Source of the DNA: Rhodosorus marinus CCMP1338
Lineage: Eukaryota > Plantae > Rhodophyta
Assembly (NCBI GenBank): GCA_029953675.1
Contig: JAMWBK010000004.1
Location: forward strand, 124,001 to 188,000
Direction of reading: 5' to 3'
DNA length: 64,000 nucleotides
Shown: positions 42,427-54,578 of the stretch, one piece after another
Layout: each line of letters opens with the position of its first letter
Position numbering within the stretch: the stretch's first letter is position 1
Notes under the pieces: model-generated
Told to the model about the DNA's origin: nothing
Databases searched by the model: none
The model's input: only the letters and a program-made list of their open reading frames with translations
Position numbers and translations under genes: made by a program

Positions 42427-43107
42427 CTACTTGCGAGTGAACTTGACCGTGCCAACCGGCACGCCGCCGAACATCGTACCGAGGATGGAGACAATCTTGT
42501 CATAGGGCTTAGTTGCCTTATCCTTGGACGTAAACTTCTTCCCAGAGTCGGTTCCAGCATCCCACACGCTAAGGTTTCCCTTGTACTTCTTAACCCACTT
42601 ACCTTTGCTGTCGCACAACTCCACATTGTCCCATCCAGTGTACCAGTCCGGGCTCGGGGCAAGCATAGATATACCGGAGCTCATGGATCGGTAGCCGTCA
42701 AGCTTAATAAGGAACGCAACTTTCTCAGTTCCATCTGGGGTTGGTCCTTTCGAGGCATCATACCAATACACGTTGCGTCCGAGTTGTGCCTTGAGCTCTT
42801 TCAGCAGAGCCTTGTTGTTACCGGTTTCAGCAACATCCTGGACACCCTTTGTGGCGAAACCTCCTGGAGTCCACATGGTATATCCGTCACCATGGGAGCA
42901 AACAGTTGTCGGAGAGAAGTGACCGTCTGCAGGGTATGCCCCAGGGTGGGTCATGCCGGTCCAAACATACTTCACCACCACTTTGTAGATTGCCTTTCCT
43001 TTGCAGGTCTTATGATGCGCTCTCGACGAAGGGTCAATCTGGACGGAGGACGCGAGCGCGCATGCTGCGAGCACGACCAAAAAGAAAACGAACACCTTGA
43101 AGTTCAT
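42427..43107 (-). CDS. Secreted Spondin_N-domain protein, 226 aa
   Basis: ATG at 43107, signal peptide MNFKVFVFFLVVLAACALA, and Spondin_N motifs HPGAYP..GHFSP, SH..Y.MW.PGG, VAETG, SMLAPSPDW, VELC and WDAGTDSG. Confidence 0.92.
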   Translation of the reverse strand: MNFKVFVFFLVVLAACALASSVQIDPSSRAHHKTCKGKAIYKVVVKYVWTGMTHPGAYPADGHFSPTTVCSHGDGYTMWTPGGFATKGVQDVAETGNNKALLKELKAQLGRNVYWYDASKGPTPDGTEKVAFLIKLDGYRSMSSGISMLAPSPDWYTGWDNVELCDSKGKWVKKYKGNLSVWDAGTDSGKKFTSKDKATKPYDKIVSILGTMFGGVPVGTVKFTRK

Positions 43108-44465
43108 TGCTTTGTTCCTTGCAACCTTCTCCGCTACTTTCAAATCACCGACTGCTGCTGCTTGTCCTCAGTCGCTGGAGATCTAGATCATCCGTGCTCG
43201 GTGGTTCGGTATTTATACCTTCTCGCCATATTCGAATGGATCCCATCCACAATCCAGTGTGGCATGAGCAACATCTGTAGGACGGCAAGAAACCCAACAA
43301 TGTCAATATCTCTAATCAAAACGATCATATGCCGTCGATCGCCGTCAGATCTCGCGTTAGAGCACTGAGTCTCACAAGCGACTTAACACGACCAAAGACA
43401 AACCTAAACAAAAAGCCGAAAAAAGAAAAGGGAATCGAGATCCACGCATAACAAATATCGGGAATTGCCCTTGTCAAATCACGCCAACGATCCTTCCCCC
43501 CTGCCTGGATTCGGCATGAGATCTAGTTCGATAGTCACCGGGCATTCAACCCCCCTAAGAAGACTCTGACCGCCGTCTGATTTTCACCGAATTTGCTTCT
43601 CAGGAAACCAAATTTTCCAAAACTTGGTGTCAAGAGAAGCAATCACCCGAAGATATGCGTTCCACACCAAGCATAACAGGTGGACTGCTTGCTTCCCTTC
43701 GTCACCACAATCGCTCCACCACCTCTAGAAAATGACTCGAAAAAGGGGTGGGCGAGGGAATATTCTCTCCTGTCTTCTCCAACAGCTGTAACCCCCTTTT
43801 GGCGAGTACCGCTTTATGAGGGCCAACTTCTGTTCTCGATATCTACTTTATTCTCAATTGAAGGGGATCGGATGCACTAGAGACCCAAACCCAAGTCCGT
43901 TGTGCAGCGAAGTTAGTTTTTTTCGTCTCTCCTATTCTTCACCATCCACCACCCCCTCTTCCCCCCTTTGCAAAACCATTGGCCCTTTTTTTGGAGCCCT
44001 CCAAGATTTTCTCCTCTAAACACCTTTCCCGGCCTGCGCTTAGCGCGGCTTGGTTTTGACGGTTTCAAAGTAAACTTGGAAACCGACCCTGTTTTATGGA
44101 CAAAAAAATATGGGGCTAAATATCTAAATCGAGGACTTAAGTCCCCTTCGTTCGTGCTGTGGCTCCCGTCAAATGCTACACCGTATATGCCTTCTGATGT
44201 GAAGAGGGGAAGAGCGATCTTCATGGCTACGTGGTGGTCTTTTTATTCGTTCACTGCGTTTTTTTTGGTTTTCACCCTCTGATTAAACGAATTTTTTTGT
44301 TATCCGCTTAGTAGTATCTTTTTACACCTCCACAAATTCAATTCATTTCATTAGCATCGTGGAGTGTGCGAGTAAGAGTTTCTTCCAGTTTTTCCTCGTC
44401 ACTCAATAATTCCGGGATTGTAATTTCTACCCTCTATTTCAGCAAATTTCTCTTTGATTGACAGT

Positions 44466-44587
44466 AGTTTAGGGTTTCTCCAAAATCTTACTGATCTTCT
44501 CCTTCGTGTTGGTGACGTCCTTAGCAGTTTAGGGTTTCTCCAAAATCTTACTGATCTTCTCCTTCGTGTTGGTGACGTCCTTAGCAG
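44466..44587. repeat. Perfect 60-bp tandem duplication
   Basis: AGTTTAGGGTTTCTCC...GACGTCCTTAGC occurs twice. Confidence 0.95.
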
Positions 44588-47018
44588 CTATATGGGGAAC
44601 GACTATTGTATATGATCTGTTTTCCACCTTATGATCTGGAGTGATCGTTCAACGTAGAAAGAAGCTCCCAACTGGGGGGGGGGGGCCTGATAGGTGAGGA
44701 GGTAGAATGGGAATGGGTGGTGTGGTAGTTGTTCGTCAGACCCTGGGCAGCTGTTGGAAAATGAGCCCCGGGCCACATGCCAAGTTTCACAAATATTTGA
44801 GCAGGTTGTTTGGGTATATGCTTGTTTCTCTAACGATGGAGGAAACATCGCGTGCTATGCCAGTCAAAGTTATATCAGTTCAAGAATGAGTGTACTACCA
44901 GCTACCCCTTGCGCTACGCGGATTGTTGTTGTTGTTGTTGATGGCTTGTCTCTGATGACAGCAAGACTTGCGCCAGGACATCCGTGACACACCCCTCCTA
45001 CAGTCCTCGGAGTCCACACGATTCTAATAAGTTTACGCAGGTTCTAGAGGGCAAACCGCTGCCAGATGGCTCGTGGCTATCGATCACCTCGCCGAGGTCC
45101 CCTCCCAGCTACGCAAAACTGCTGAACGCGAATGATCGACACCCCAAAAGCTCTATCTAGGTTTCCTTCCCGCATTGACCATGCCGATCATAGAATCAAT
45201 ATGGGCTAAAGAATCTTGAACGACAAAATTCTCAAAACTAGTCAAACGCGAACTCATTTAGTTCGCGCTAGAACGAGGTGAATCCATTTCCCAAATCCAA
45301 TTGTTCTCCATGTCTTCGATATTGACACCCCTTACCAGCTGAAGATCATACACATATTATATCCAATAAAATACAAATATATTAGTCAATGCTGTCTGTA
45401 AGTCTGTACAAATACCCCCAGGCCAACGACGTACTAAAACTTCTACGTTCTGAGTTGGTAGAGATTCACAAAATCTCATGTGACTCAAAGTCGCGTTATG
45501 TAGGACAATCAAATTTCTCTAATAGCGTTGTGCACTCATCACATTCTTTCATCTATTCACATTTCGTTTTCCATCACGGTTTGCTCCCACGCGTCTCAAT
45601 AGAACCGCATCATACTTTTTCACTTTTTGCATCTTAAAAATATCCAAAAACAAAAAAAAACAAAAGAATTTCATCCCCCTGCCCCCAAATTCCTTCTTTC
45701 TTTTTTCCCCATAAAACCAAACGAAAAGTTTTAAAATAGTTTTCCTTTGAATAACGAGAGCTCGGTAGATCATGCTATCGAGGGTTCTAGAGGATAGTCG
45801 AAATATATGTTTGTTGGTAGTAAATGAGTAGAATCTACCCTATTCGATCCACGTTTTCCGCGTTCTTGGCCGGCGGCTAAGGTCACAACGATAGCCTCGG
45901 TCTACGTATTTCAGCGTTGCCCTTTTACTTCTCTTTCTAGATATCATATCTCATTAGAAAACTTCATCTAAACAACCTTATTTGCCGAGCCTCCGACTAA
46001 ACAAATTCATTCATTAAAATAGGGCACGAGATAAAAACATGGGTTTAGTTCGGTTTCAAAAAAGTCCTCACCGTCTCGCCACGCGCGGAGGGAATTATTG
46101 AAGAAATTGGGCTGACAGCTTGGTTGTTCGCTTTTCGATAGATTATGTGCTCTTGTTCGGATCGGGAAATAAGTGTTTTTGGTAATAGCGCACACCACCA
46201 TGGAAAGGGTTTGATAAGCATCCCATTCGTATAATGATCGGATAGGGAACCGTTTTTTGAGTACCAGTGCCAAGTTTGATATGATGGTTATGAAGATAGT
46301 ATATTAGCTGCCAACCGCCTAAGCCTGAACAGACTCGGGGGGGCTGAGCTCCAAGGGCCCCCACGTAGCAATAACGAGATCATCTTTTTCTTAACCCTCA
46401 GCGTTTCGCCAGTTTCCAACTCCACAAGAGATTGTTGGGGGGAATATCACGCATTCTCATTTCCTTATCCTCTAGTTCCAGTACACACCAACTACAACAA
46501 CAACAAAGAAAATGGAAGCTGCACTTACTGCGACACGTGAGTTTTTTTCTCACAAATTTCCCCTTGCTGGCCGCCGAGGACCGGGTTTGGACTCTGTAAG
46601 GCGGAATTCAGTACGTTTCGACCTGTTTTTTCTTACCAGGGTTTTGCAAGACCCTTTGTGTATGGACGGAATGATCCAAGAATGGTTAGGTCTTAACGCG
46701 ACGGATAGAGAAACGCGCAGAGAAACCCAGTTGAAAATAGAGAAATGTGAGGCCTCCAACATGCTGGTCTCTATGCATGCTGTTTATTGATCCAAATCAA
46801 AAGAATTGATGGCGATAACTTGGTAACGCACGGCTGCCGCGATGATATTATATTAGCTCCTGTGGCGGTGTTCTACTCATGAAGGCCAAATTGTGTTCTA
46901 ATCCTCATCTCTCGTAAGTTTGGCAATTCGGAGCCCATAGTAAAAGTCATGCACAACAGTTTGCTTCATCCGTAGAATCGGACCCATGCAGCTATCCTTC
47001 TTCGCAACAAACGATGTA

Positions 47019-48409
47019 CTAAGACCGGTTCTGATTTGCTATTCTCGTCTGCTCGTATCGTTTTTCCGATCCAGGAATGCTTCCGAGGATTCCGGTTTGG
47101 TAGTCAATCATGGCTTGACGTATCTCCTCTTGCGTAGTCATAACAAACGGACCTGCCCAGGCTACGGGCTGGTTGAGTGGGTCTCCCCCAAACACTAGGC
47201 AACCGAATTCCTCATTTGCGGATATGACTTCAACGTCTCCCTCCTCGGATTCGAGTACTGCAATTTCTCCTTCCTTCATGTCTCTCCCACAAACCTGCGC
47301 TCTACCTCTAGTTGTTCGCCAGAGAAGGAGCCAAAGAGTTTGGTTTTAGCTCAACTAAGGCGATGAAGCCGGAATTGGAGATTCCTTGTTCGCCTGTAAC
47401 AGCGTACCGGTAGACGTAGACGAATAAGCGCTTCACGTCAGGGTCAAACGACACTTTGCCGCTGTTTTCGCCGAATACGTCGTAGTAAACGATCGGAGTT
47501 ACGGTATCGATGTGAGCCGCCGTGTCCTTGAACTTTCCAGCGAGCACCTTGACAGTAATCTGCCCATCGTCCGACTTGGAGGACGGAATCTCTGTTGCCT
47601 TGAGCTCCTGGTATCTCGGCTTTGTCATCTTCTTCTCCTTCGGCAGGTTGACCCACATCTGGAATCCTTCCACTGCCGTATGGAACGAGCAAGGGTTTTA
47701 CCGAGGTTAGATTCGGTGCCGCTTAGAATACAGACTTCATATTTCTAGCTGTTTGAGCTTACGTGACCCTCCCTTCTCGAAAATTTCGTCCCCGGGCATC
47801 TCGCTGTGAACAACACCAGCACCGGCGGTCATCCACTGCACATCTCCAGGGTTGAGAGTCCCTGCGTGCCCGTGCGAATCCAAGTGCTGCATCTGACCCT
47901 GTGTGTTCATGGGTGTTCCGTTCAACGTTAGTTGCGATGTTCTCAACATCCCGCATGCACTCAACGGAGTCTGCGGAGTGATTCTGCCGACAGAGGATGT
48001 CTAACCTTGAGGATGTAAGTAATAGTCTCCTGCCCTCTGTGGGGATGGTCGGGAGCTCCAACCGCCTCCTTCGGTCCATAGGTTGCTGGACCCATATGGT
48101 CGAGCAGCAGAATTGGATCAAACCTTTCGGGTGGGATGTTCGGCCGCCGTACAACGAAGCCACCACCCTCAGTTTGCGTCCGCGTTTTCTGCACAGTTTC
48201 TACTTTCCTGTTTTACAAAATGCGAAGCGAGAAAAGCCCATTCATCTCCATTCAGCCAACGACCAGGACCTCAAGGGAGCGACAACTGCAAGCTCTGACA
48301 AAAACAAGTTCAGAAAACGGACAAATCAGACCTACCTCATTGTCATCGTTGATAATACTCGCCTGGGACACCTTCCTCGTACAACAACTGATCCAACAAA
48401 CGCCTGCAT
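47019..48409 (-). CDS. PIR: Pirin family protein, 5 exons, 321 aa, probable organellar transit peptide
   Basis: Exons 48409-48336, 48207-48006, 47898-47763, 47672-47408 and 47307-47019 total 966 nt with GT-AG introns and consistent phases. Motifs [50 protein letters not shown] and GPFVM. N-terminus [17 protein letters not shown]. Confidence 0.93.
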
Positions 48410-50340
48410 CTCTCCTCATTCACCTTGTTCACCTGTTAGGTCACCACAAACCATTTCCCCACCAGAACCTCACTATTAATACTCTCGCAACCCCCTTCAT
48501 CCAGCTTCACAAACATGTACGAACCTTCTAAAAAGTATTCAGAAACTGCTTTTGTTAAGACAGCAATGCAATTTCTATCCCCCCCTATCCAGATCATTCC
48601 AACTTTATCTACAATGGCATGCCAGATCTGTTCATTTTAGTGCGCCAGGAACGATTGATTGCCTGAGCGGTCAACGGACAGGGTCCGGTGAGATTCGCGC
48701 TATTAGTGCGCAATAGTGAATGTACTGCTAAGGGCTTCTGTAAGATATTTGTTTGGTGAGCAACAATGCAAAAGGCACTGGATGCTTCTCTACTCCGGTA
48801 TTGAGTGCAGATCATTAGCGGGCAGCAATGCGCAGAGGACTTAGGAGCCAACAACGATGTAAGAGTTCCTCAGTTACTATGTAATAGTGAATACACTGGA
48901 TGCTGCTGACAAGCCTTCGGGAGGACTTGCTCAGAGACTGAGCAACGGCAAGCCACTGAATGCTGGTGCTCGGAAAGATGTTATGGCTCAATGTGGCGTA
49001 CTGGGCGAATGAACGAAGGGCTTGGGAGCCAACGGCTACAGAATATTTGCTCGGCTAGTGAGCAACCATATACGTGCTGGATGCTGCTTCGTTGGGAAAG
49101 AATTCTGGCTCTGGCTGCCGCACAACGCAGTGACACCGGTAACCCCACCGTCACTGGAAATTTGTTCAGGAAGTGAGCGATAGTGAAGGCACAGAATGCG
49201 GCTTCTGTGACAGACTCCTGTGTCAACGCACGAGTTGCCTGAGATAACTACCCTTGATTGATTGTGCATGAGGGATTTACGACTTTTTGAGTTGATCACT
49301 TCCCAGCTTCGTAGCCTTTCCGCACTCCGCCGTCATGAGGATCTGTGCACAGTATTCGCCCAACGGAGAGAGCTACCAAGTTGTCCAGCGCGCAATACTA
49401 GTGATATCTCCTCCTCATTCAGTTGCGAAGCAACAGTAGTAGCATCCACGGAAAGCCAACAAAATCCAACCTCGGCCCCCGAACGATAATAAAACGTTCA
49501 GAAAGAGAATTATTCCTACCACCCAACTATAACCGGGCAAAGGTTAACACCATGTCCCCCACGCAATAGCTAGCAGACAGCACCCGATCATTCAGCCGGA
49601 AGTGCAACTATCTATTCCCTTGACAGCAGCTTTCCTCTCCATCTCCAGTAAGAATCATAAAACGAACATCCAGACGCCCGGTAGGTCAGAACAGCAGAGA
49701 GATAGACAGCACGGGACGGACAAAATCCCACTTTCTACGTTCGAGAATTTACTCGGTGGTGTGGTTTTTTTTCAAGTCGTCTTCTTCCCCGGAGTCTCTG
49801 AACAACGAACCCGCCCACCTCCGCGCTTTCCACAAGAGGACAAGAGTTTTTGGCGTCGATGACCCCATGAGGAATGGAGAGAGAGGGACGGGGACTTCAC
49901 GTTTTAACGTACGGGTATTGTGTGCCTGACTCTATTCTGCGCGAGAGGAAAAGTAGCTCCGGAGACTCCCAAAGCAAAAGAGCTTTGTCGTCGTCTCGTC
50001 TACAACGAGCAAAGGTGAGTTTTTGAAGTCATTGGAATCGAGATACTTTTTTTTTTTTTCCGTGGTTTTGTGGTGTTGGAATTTGGGGCGACCTGGAGAT
50101 GTTTTTCGTTCTCGTGGTTGGCAAAGAGGGAGCTTCCTTGTCGTCAGTGAAGGGAAAGCAGGGTGAGCGCAAGGGGCAGACTTAGACAGACGCTGACTTG
50201 GCGTGATGAGGTGAATTGTTTTTGGGAGTTTTCGCAAAGTATTAAGTGATTGTTGACGGAAAGTTTTTGGGATGTATTTTTAGGTTGGAGGAAGGAAGGT
50301 TGATTGCTTTTGGGAGAGAGGGTAGATTTGATTTGGAAGG

Positions 50341-51213
50341 ATGTCTGAGGGAGAGGGATCGTTGGAGACCCCTGGTGGGAGTGATGGAGGGGATAGTCCA
50401 CAGAAGCAGCTGATTGATAAGATCAGAGCTCATGAAAGCTACGCGGCGAAGATTAAGTCTGCGTATGCGGATTTGTCGAAGATGTACAATCAGCTCAGGG
50501 AGGACTACGCCACGTTTGTGAACAAGCATAATGAAGTTACTAAGGAACTCGAGCATTCGCGACAGGAGCAGCAGGAGAGGATCGCTGAGCTCGAGGAGAT
50601 CGTGGGTGGTGAGGATTTGGCAGCAATTAAGAAGGATTTGGAGAGGGTGAATGCAATTAATCTGGATCTCATGAAACAAGTTGAGGAGACAGATGAGCTC
50701 CGGGAAGAACTGGAGGAAGTCAATGTCGAGAAGCAGACGCTTATCGATCAAAACCAAAATCAGGTAAGCCTGAGCAGGTAAAAACTAAATGCGGAGTGTT
50801 TGTTAACGTTCACTCTGCTTGCGCAGGAAAAGGACCTCATTCTCGTGAAGGAGGAGCTTGACAAACTTCGTCAACAGATGGAAATTTTAGTGAATGAAGA
50901 GACAACTGAGGAAACCATTGAGGTGGATGAAAATGTAGACGCTGATGAAGTGGATATTCTGGAGACTCTGCAGCGCATAGATGACATGCGGTTGGAGCTT
51001 CGTGATAGGCTGTCAGGAGGAACTTCCCAAAACGATTCGCTGGAGAAGGATAAAGAGGCAGGAAAACTCGACGCCTCATCATTTCCTTCCGAGGACGCTG
51101 AAGCTCTCCTTCACGAGCTTGTAAAAGTGAAGACAGATCTAGCGGAATCTGAAACAGCGAGACTGCGCCTTCAACAGGAAATTTCAAGGTTAAGAAAGCT
51201 GGTAAGAGCTTAA
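50341..51213 (+). CDS. Coiled-coil protein, 2 exons, 269 aa
   Basis: Exons 50341-50763 and 50827-51213, with a 63-nt GTAAGC...GCAG intron in phase 0. Heptad-rich acidic sequence. Confidence 0.8.
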
Positions 51214-51933
51214 TGCTACTACACACAAAGCGCGCTTTAACGAATCCCCTGCCCGCGAAATGCTGACACGGGTATTCTCCCTTTCCTGACCTCCTTCGCA
51301 TCAAAGGTGAGCTCGGGAGCACTTAGATGATCCTCGAGATTCTGTTTATGTGCAGAATCCAAGAAGAATGTTGTAGACCTGCTGTCGCTGTTACGGTTGA
51401 TCGTGAAGCCGAGAGCCACATGGCTCGGTGTGATAACCCGCCATTTGCAAGTATGGTCGAAAGCAACTGCTGAAAGGTAGAAGCAAAATGTCAAACTGTG
51501 GGATTGAACTGGTCCAAATCTTGTAGATGCCACGCATGGGTTTCATCCAGAGGTAGGAGTTGAATTCGGATGCACGTGCTCAAAAACCGAGAACCTTCCA
51601 CTTTCGAGTGCCCCTCGCGCTCATGTACGAAAGCAGGGCCGCGAGGGAATGGTGACCAGCGGTGACCCGACATAGTGGCGGCAACTACATGCTTTTTAAC
51701 CACAACGCAAATTACTACACAAAGTATCAAAATCAAAGGAGGCAATGGGATACAAGCCGCAGAAGATGTACAGACCAGTATCGTATCTGCTTATCAGGAT
51801 ATGCGAGACTGGTTCCTAGCGTTTGGTGATATTAGACCTTCGATTCTACTCAAGAAGACGAAAGAAGGAATAGGAAGAAAACGGGACAGAGTTGTTCCTT
51901 ACGATTTCAGCTGTTCCCATTGACAACTATGTT

Positions 51934-53376
51934 CTACTCTTTCAGGTCCTTGAATCTTCTCATGGCCTCAACAGACTTGGGCGGCCAGTGATGGTCTTCT
52001 AGGTACTGCTTATCCAACAGCGTCCGAGGCCGGTCGATCATACTCCAATTGGTCTCCGCTTCAGCCAGATCTCCACGGTCAAACAGCACCACAGCCAAAG
52101 CTCCTCTCACCAGAGGCTCAGTAGGGTACTTGGCGACAATCCGCCTCAGTATACCCACGGACTCTTGTGTGTTGCCTACACAGATCAAAACACCAAATAC
52201 TCCATCAGTCAAAAGCTACAACTCCAGATTCACTAGCAGAAAATCAAAGCCACAGATGGGATCTATTCCGAAGCTCGCTCTCATCCAGAACAAAACTCTT
52301 TACTCCAACCATCACGAGCTGACACTACAAATGTATGTCAACAACAAAACAAGCTGTCTCGTTTGGGACATACGGTCCTAGCGACATTTTTTGAGGGTGG
52401 AAGTTGGATGTGCTGAGGTGGGGGGGATGTTTTAAAACTTACCACGTTGGTAGAGGGCCAGCGCGTAGTCGAGCCAGAATGGCTCTACGTTGCCAGGTTT
52501 CTTTTCTACTGCTCTTCTGTAATCGTTTAGTGCCATGTCCCATTTGCCTCTGCTCGAGTAAATGCTTGCTCGGTTGGCTAGTACCAATGACTGGAGGTTC
52601 AACGGGGGAAATGTGTGGAGATTGGTTAGATCCATGCTTTTGGAGAGGGCTACTGAGGTTTTGGGGAAAGAATTACTTCCTCTGGTCTGAGCTCAAGTGC
52701 TCGGTTATAGTCCCGAATGGCCTCTTCATATCTTTGGAGTTTGTTGTAGACTGAACCTCGGTTGAGGTAGACTACCCACGTATCTCCAGATAGCGGAGCT
52801 AGCTCGATGGACTTGGAATAATCGGCAATAGCGGCCTCATAACGTTCCTTGACGACCTAGGCACAGAAGAAAGATCATCAACGTGATGAGCGAAAGCGGA
52901 CTCGACGCGTCGGCACGTTCGCAAAGTTTTCTCACTTCAATGTTTGCCCGATTGCTGAAGCCTCCTGCAAAGGTGGGAGCTGCGACAACAAGCTCGTCGT
53001 ACTTGGCAAGGGCAGTATCCAAATCACCGAATTCTGCCGCTTTCCTTGCAGCGCCGAAAATAGAAGCGGCCTGTCCGGTTATCCGCGTGTTCTTCTTACT
53101 CATCTCCTTGGCATCCTTGACGCTCGCAGGTATCTCATCCGCTGCAAAAACCTCCGATGGTGGCACCAAGGCCAAGTTCAGAGCAAGCACAGACCCAGCA
53201 ATCCCAAAAGCCAGATGCCTTCCGCGAGAACCTTCTGACAAGCTCCAAAACCCACTTCCCGTCCCACCATGCCCAGAAATCGTACAAGCACGAACCCTGA
53301 TCCTTCTCTCATCCCGCAAACTCCGCCCCACGCCAAGAACAGGGCCAACAAACCCACAGCCAGTGAAAGAATCCAT
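51934..53376 (-). CDS. Plastid-targeted TPR protein, 4 exons, 336 aa
   Basis: Exons 53376-52936, 52856-52677, 52590-52443 and 52175-51934 total 1011 nt. TPR units include YEAAIADYSKSIELAP, NRGSVY...AIRDYNRAL and NRASIY...ALNDYRRAV. The leader is bipartite-like, ending in VFA|ADE, and the C-terminus has WPP. Confidence 0.88.
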
Positions 53377-54578
53377 CCGTCCACCAGGAGTCAAACCAAG
53401 ACACCTCCACATCAATCCCGATCGGTCACACCACACTCAAAGCCTTGCAAAGCTTCACTCCAGATTAGTAGTTTGTTTCACCAATCTCGATCCTCAGCAA
53501 GCTATACTCTAGGAGAACATTCCAATCTCATATCTTAACTACAGTCAACGGGGTTCGTCCTCAAACTCCGTCTAACCCGCCAAGCTCCACCAAAACAACT
53601 GGCTGGACGAGCAAGAGTCCAGATTCTGCGAGAAGGTAGGACTTAACCCCCAAAATCCAATCTCGCGGCTCAACGGGTTCTTGATGAGCTCACAAAAGCA
53701 AAGGCTAAGCTTCGATGAAACGAGGAGCAGGCAACAGGTCCAGATCCGATTACAACCAGTGAAGAGCGGCTCTCCATTCGTGAAAGTTCCACTTCTCGAT
53801 GAGCTCAGCCGTTGCAAATGAAGATATTTGCTATCAAGCCGTCAAGGTCCTCTCGAGGGTACAAGGGAACCTACCGTCGGGAGCCCTGATGCTTCAATCC
53901 ATTACCAGTCAGCCAGAAATCATAGCCAAAAGAGTGATCCACCCTCACGAGTTGGCCATGGGAGACACTTCTGCGAGAGTGGATTTCTTCGTACTTAGTT
54001 TTGCCCTTCGGAGGTTTGAAGTGGCAGGCTCTTTTTTGCTTCTCCGCCGCTACGTCTCGACGAAACTGACTATCGATTCTTTCTGGAATGGAAGGAATCG
54101 AATGTCCCCCGCGTCGGTAGACAAAGTCACTTCAGACCCTCGTGCGAGATATGGAGCCGATTGTCCCAATGGTAAAAACCATACAACAAGTGTGGCCTTG
54201 CAACTCCGCTCTAGGCAACGAGTAGCTCTTGGCGTGATGACGGCCTTCAACGATAGCTAAAGGTGGGAACGTAAAGGGTTGGTGTCAGAGGTTCCGGGTA
54301 CCAGCAATGTGCAAGCACACTGCCGTCGAAGGCTGCATGAGTACGTGAATTATCGAATGACGAGTCGAATGATGCTTCTAGCTTATTGGAATCAAGCTTC
54401 TCGGTTTACTTTGCGGACGATATCTGATGTTAGAAAGCCTTCTTCCCAGTCAGATTGTTATACTCTGTACATCAGTTTTGTTCTATTTTGTAAAAATGAC
54501 CATATCTCCATTCTCGTGCCGTCTATTTGTGGTGCTCAGTTCCGCTCTCGAAGCTTAGCGGTTGCTAGGCTGTGTAGT

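Noticed and set aside
48560-49550. Cys-rich gene (ECGFCDRLLC)
   Set aside because: Every frame has frequent stops and I could not build an exon model.
53572-54500. Protein-coding gene between the TPR gene and SEC16
   Set aside because: Only short ORFs without recognisable motifs. It is probably UTR or promoter sequence.
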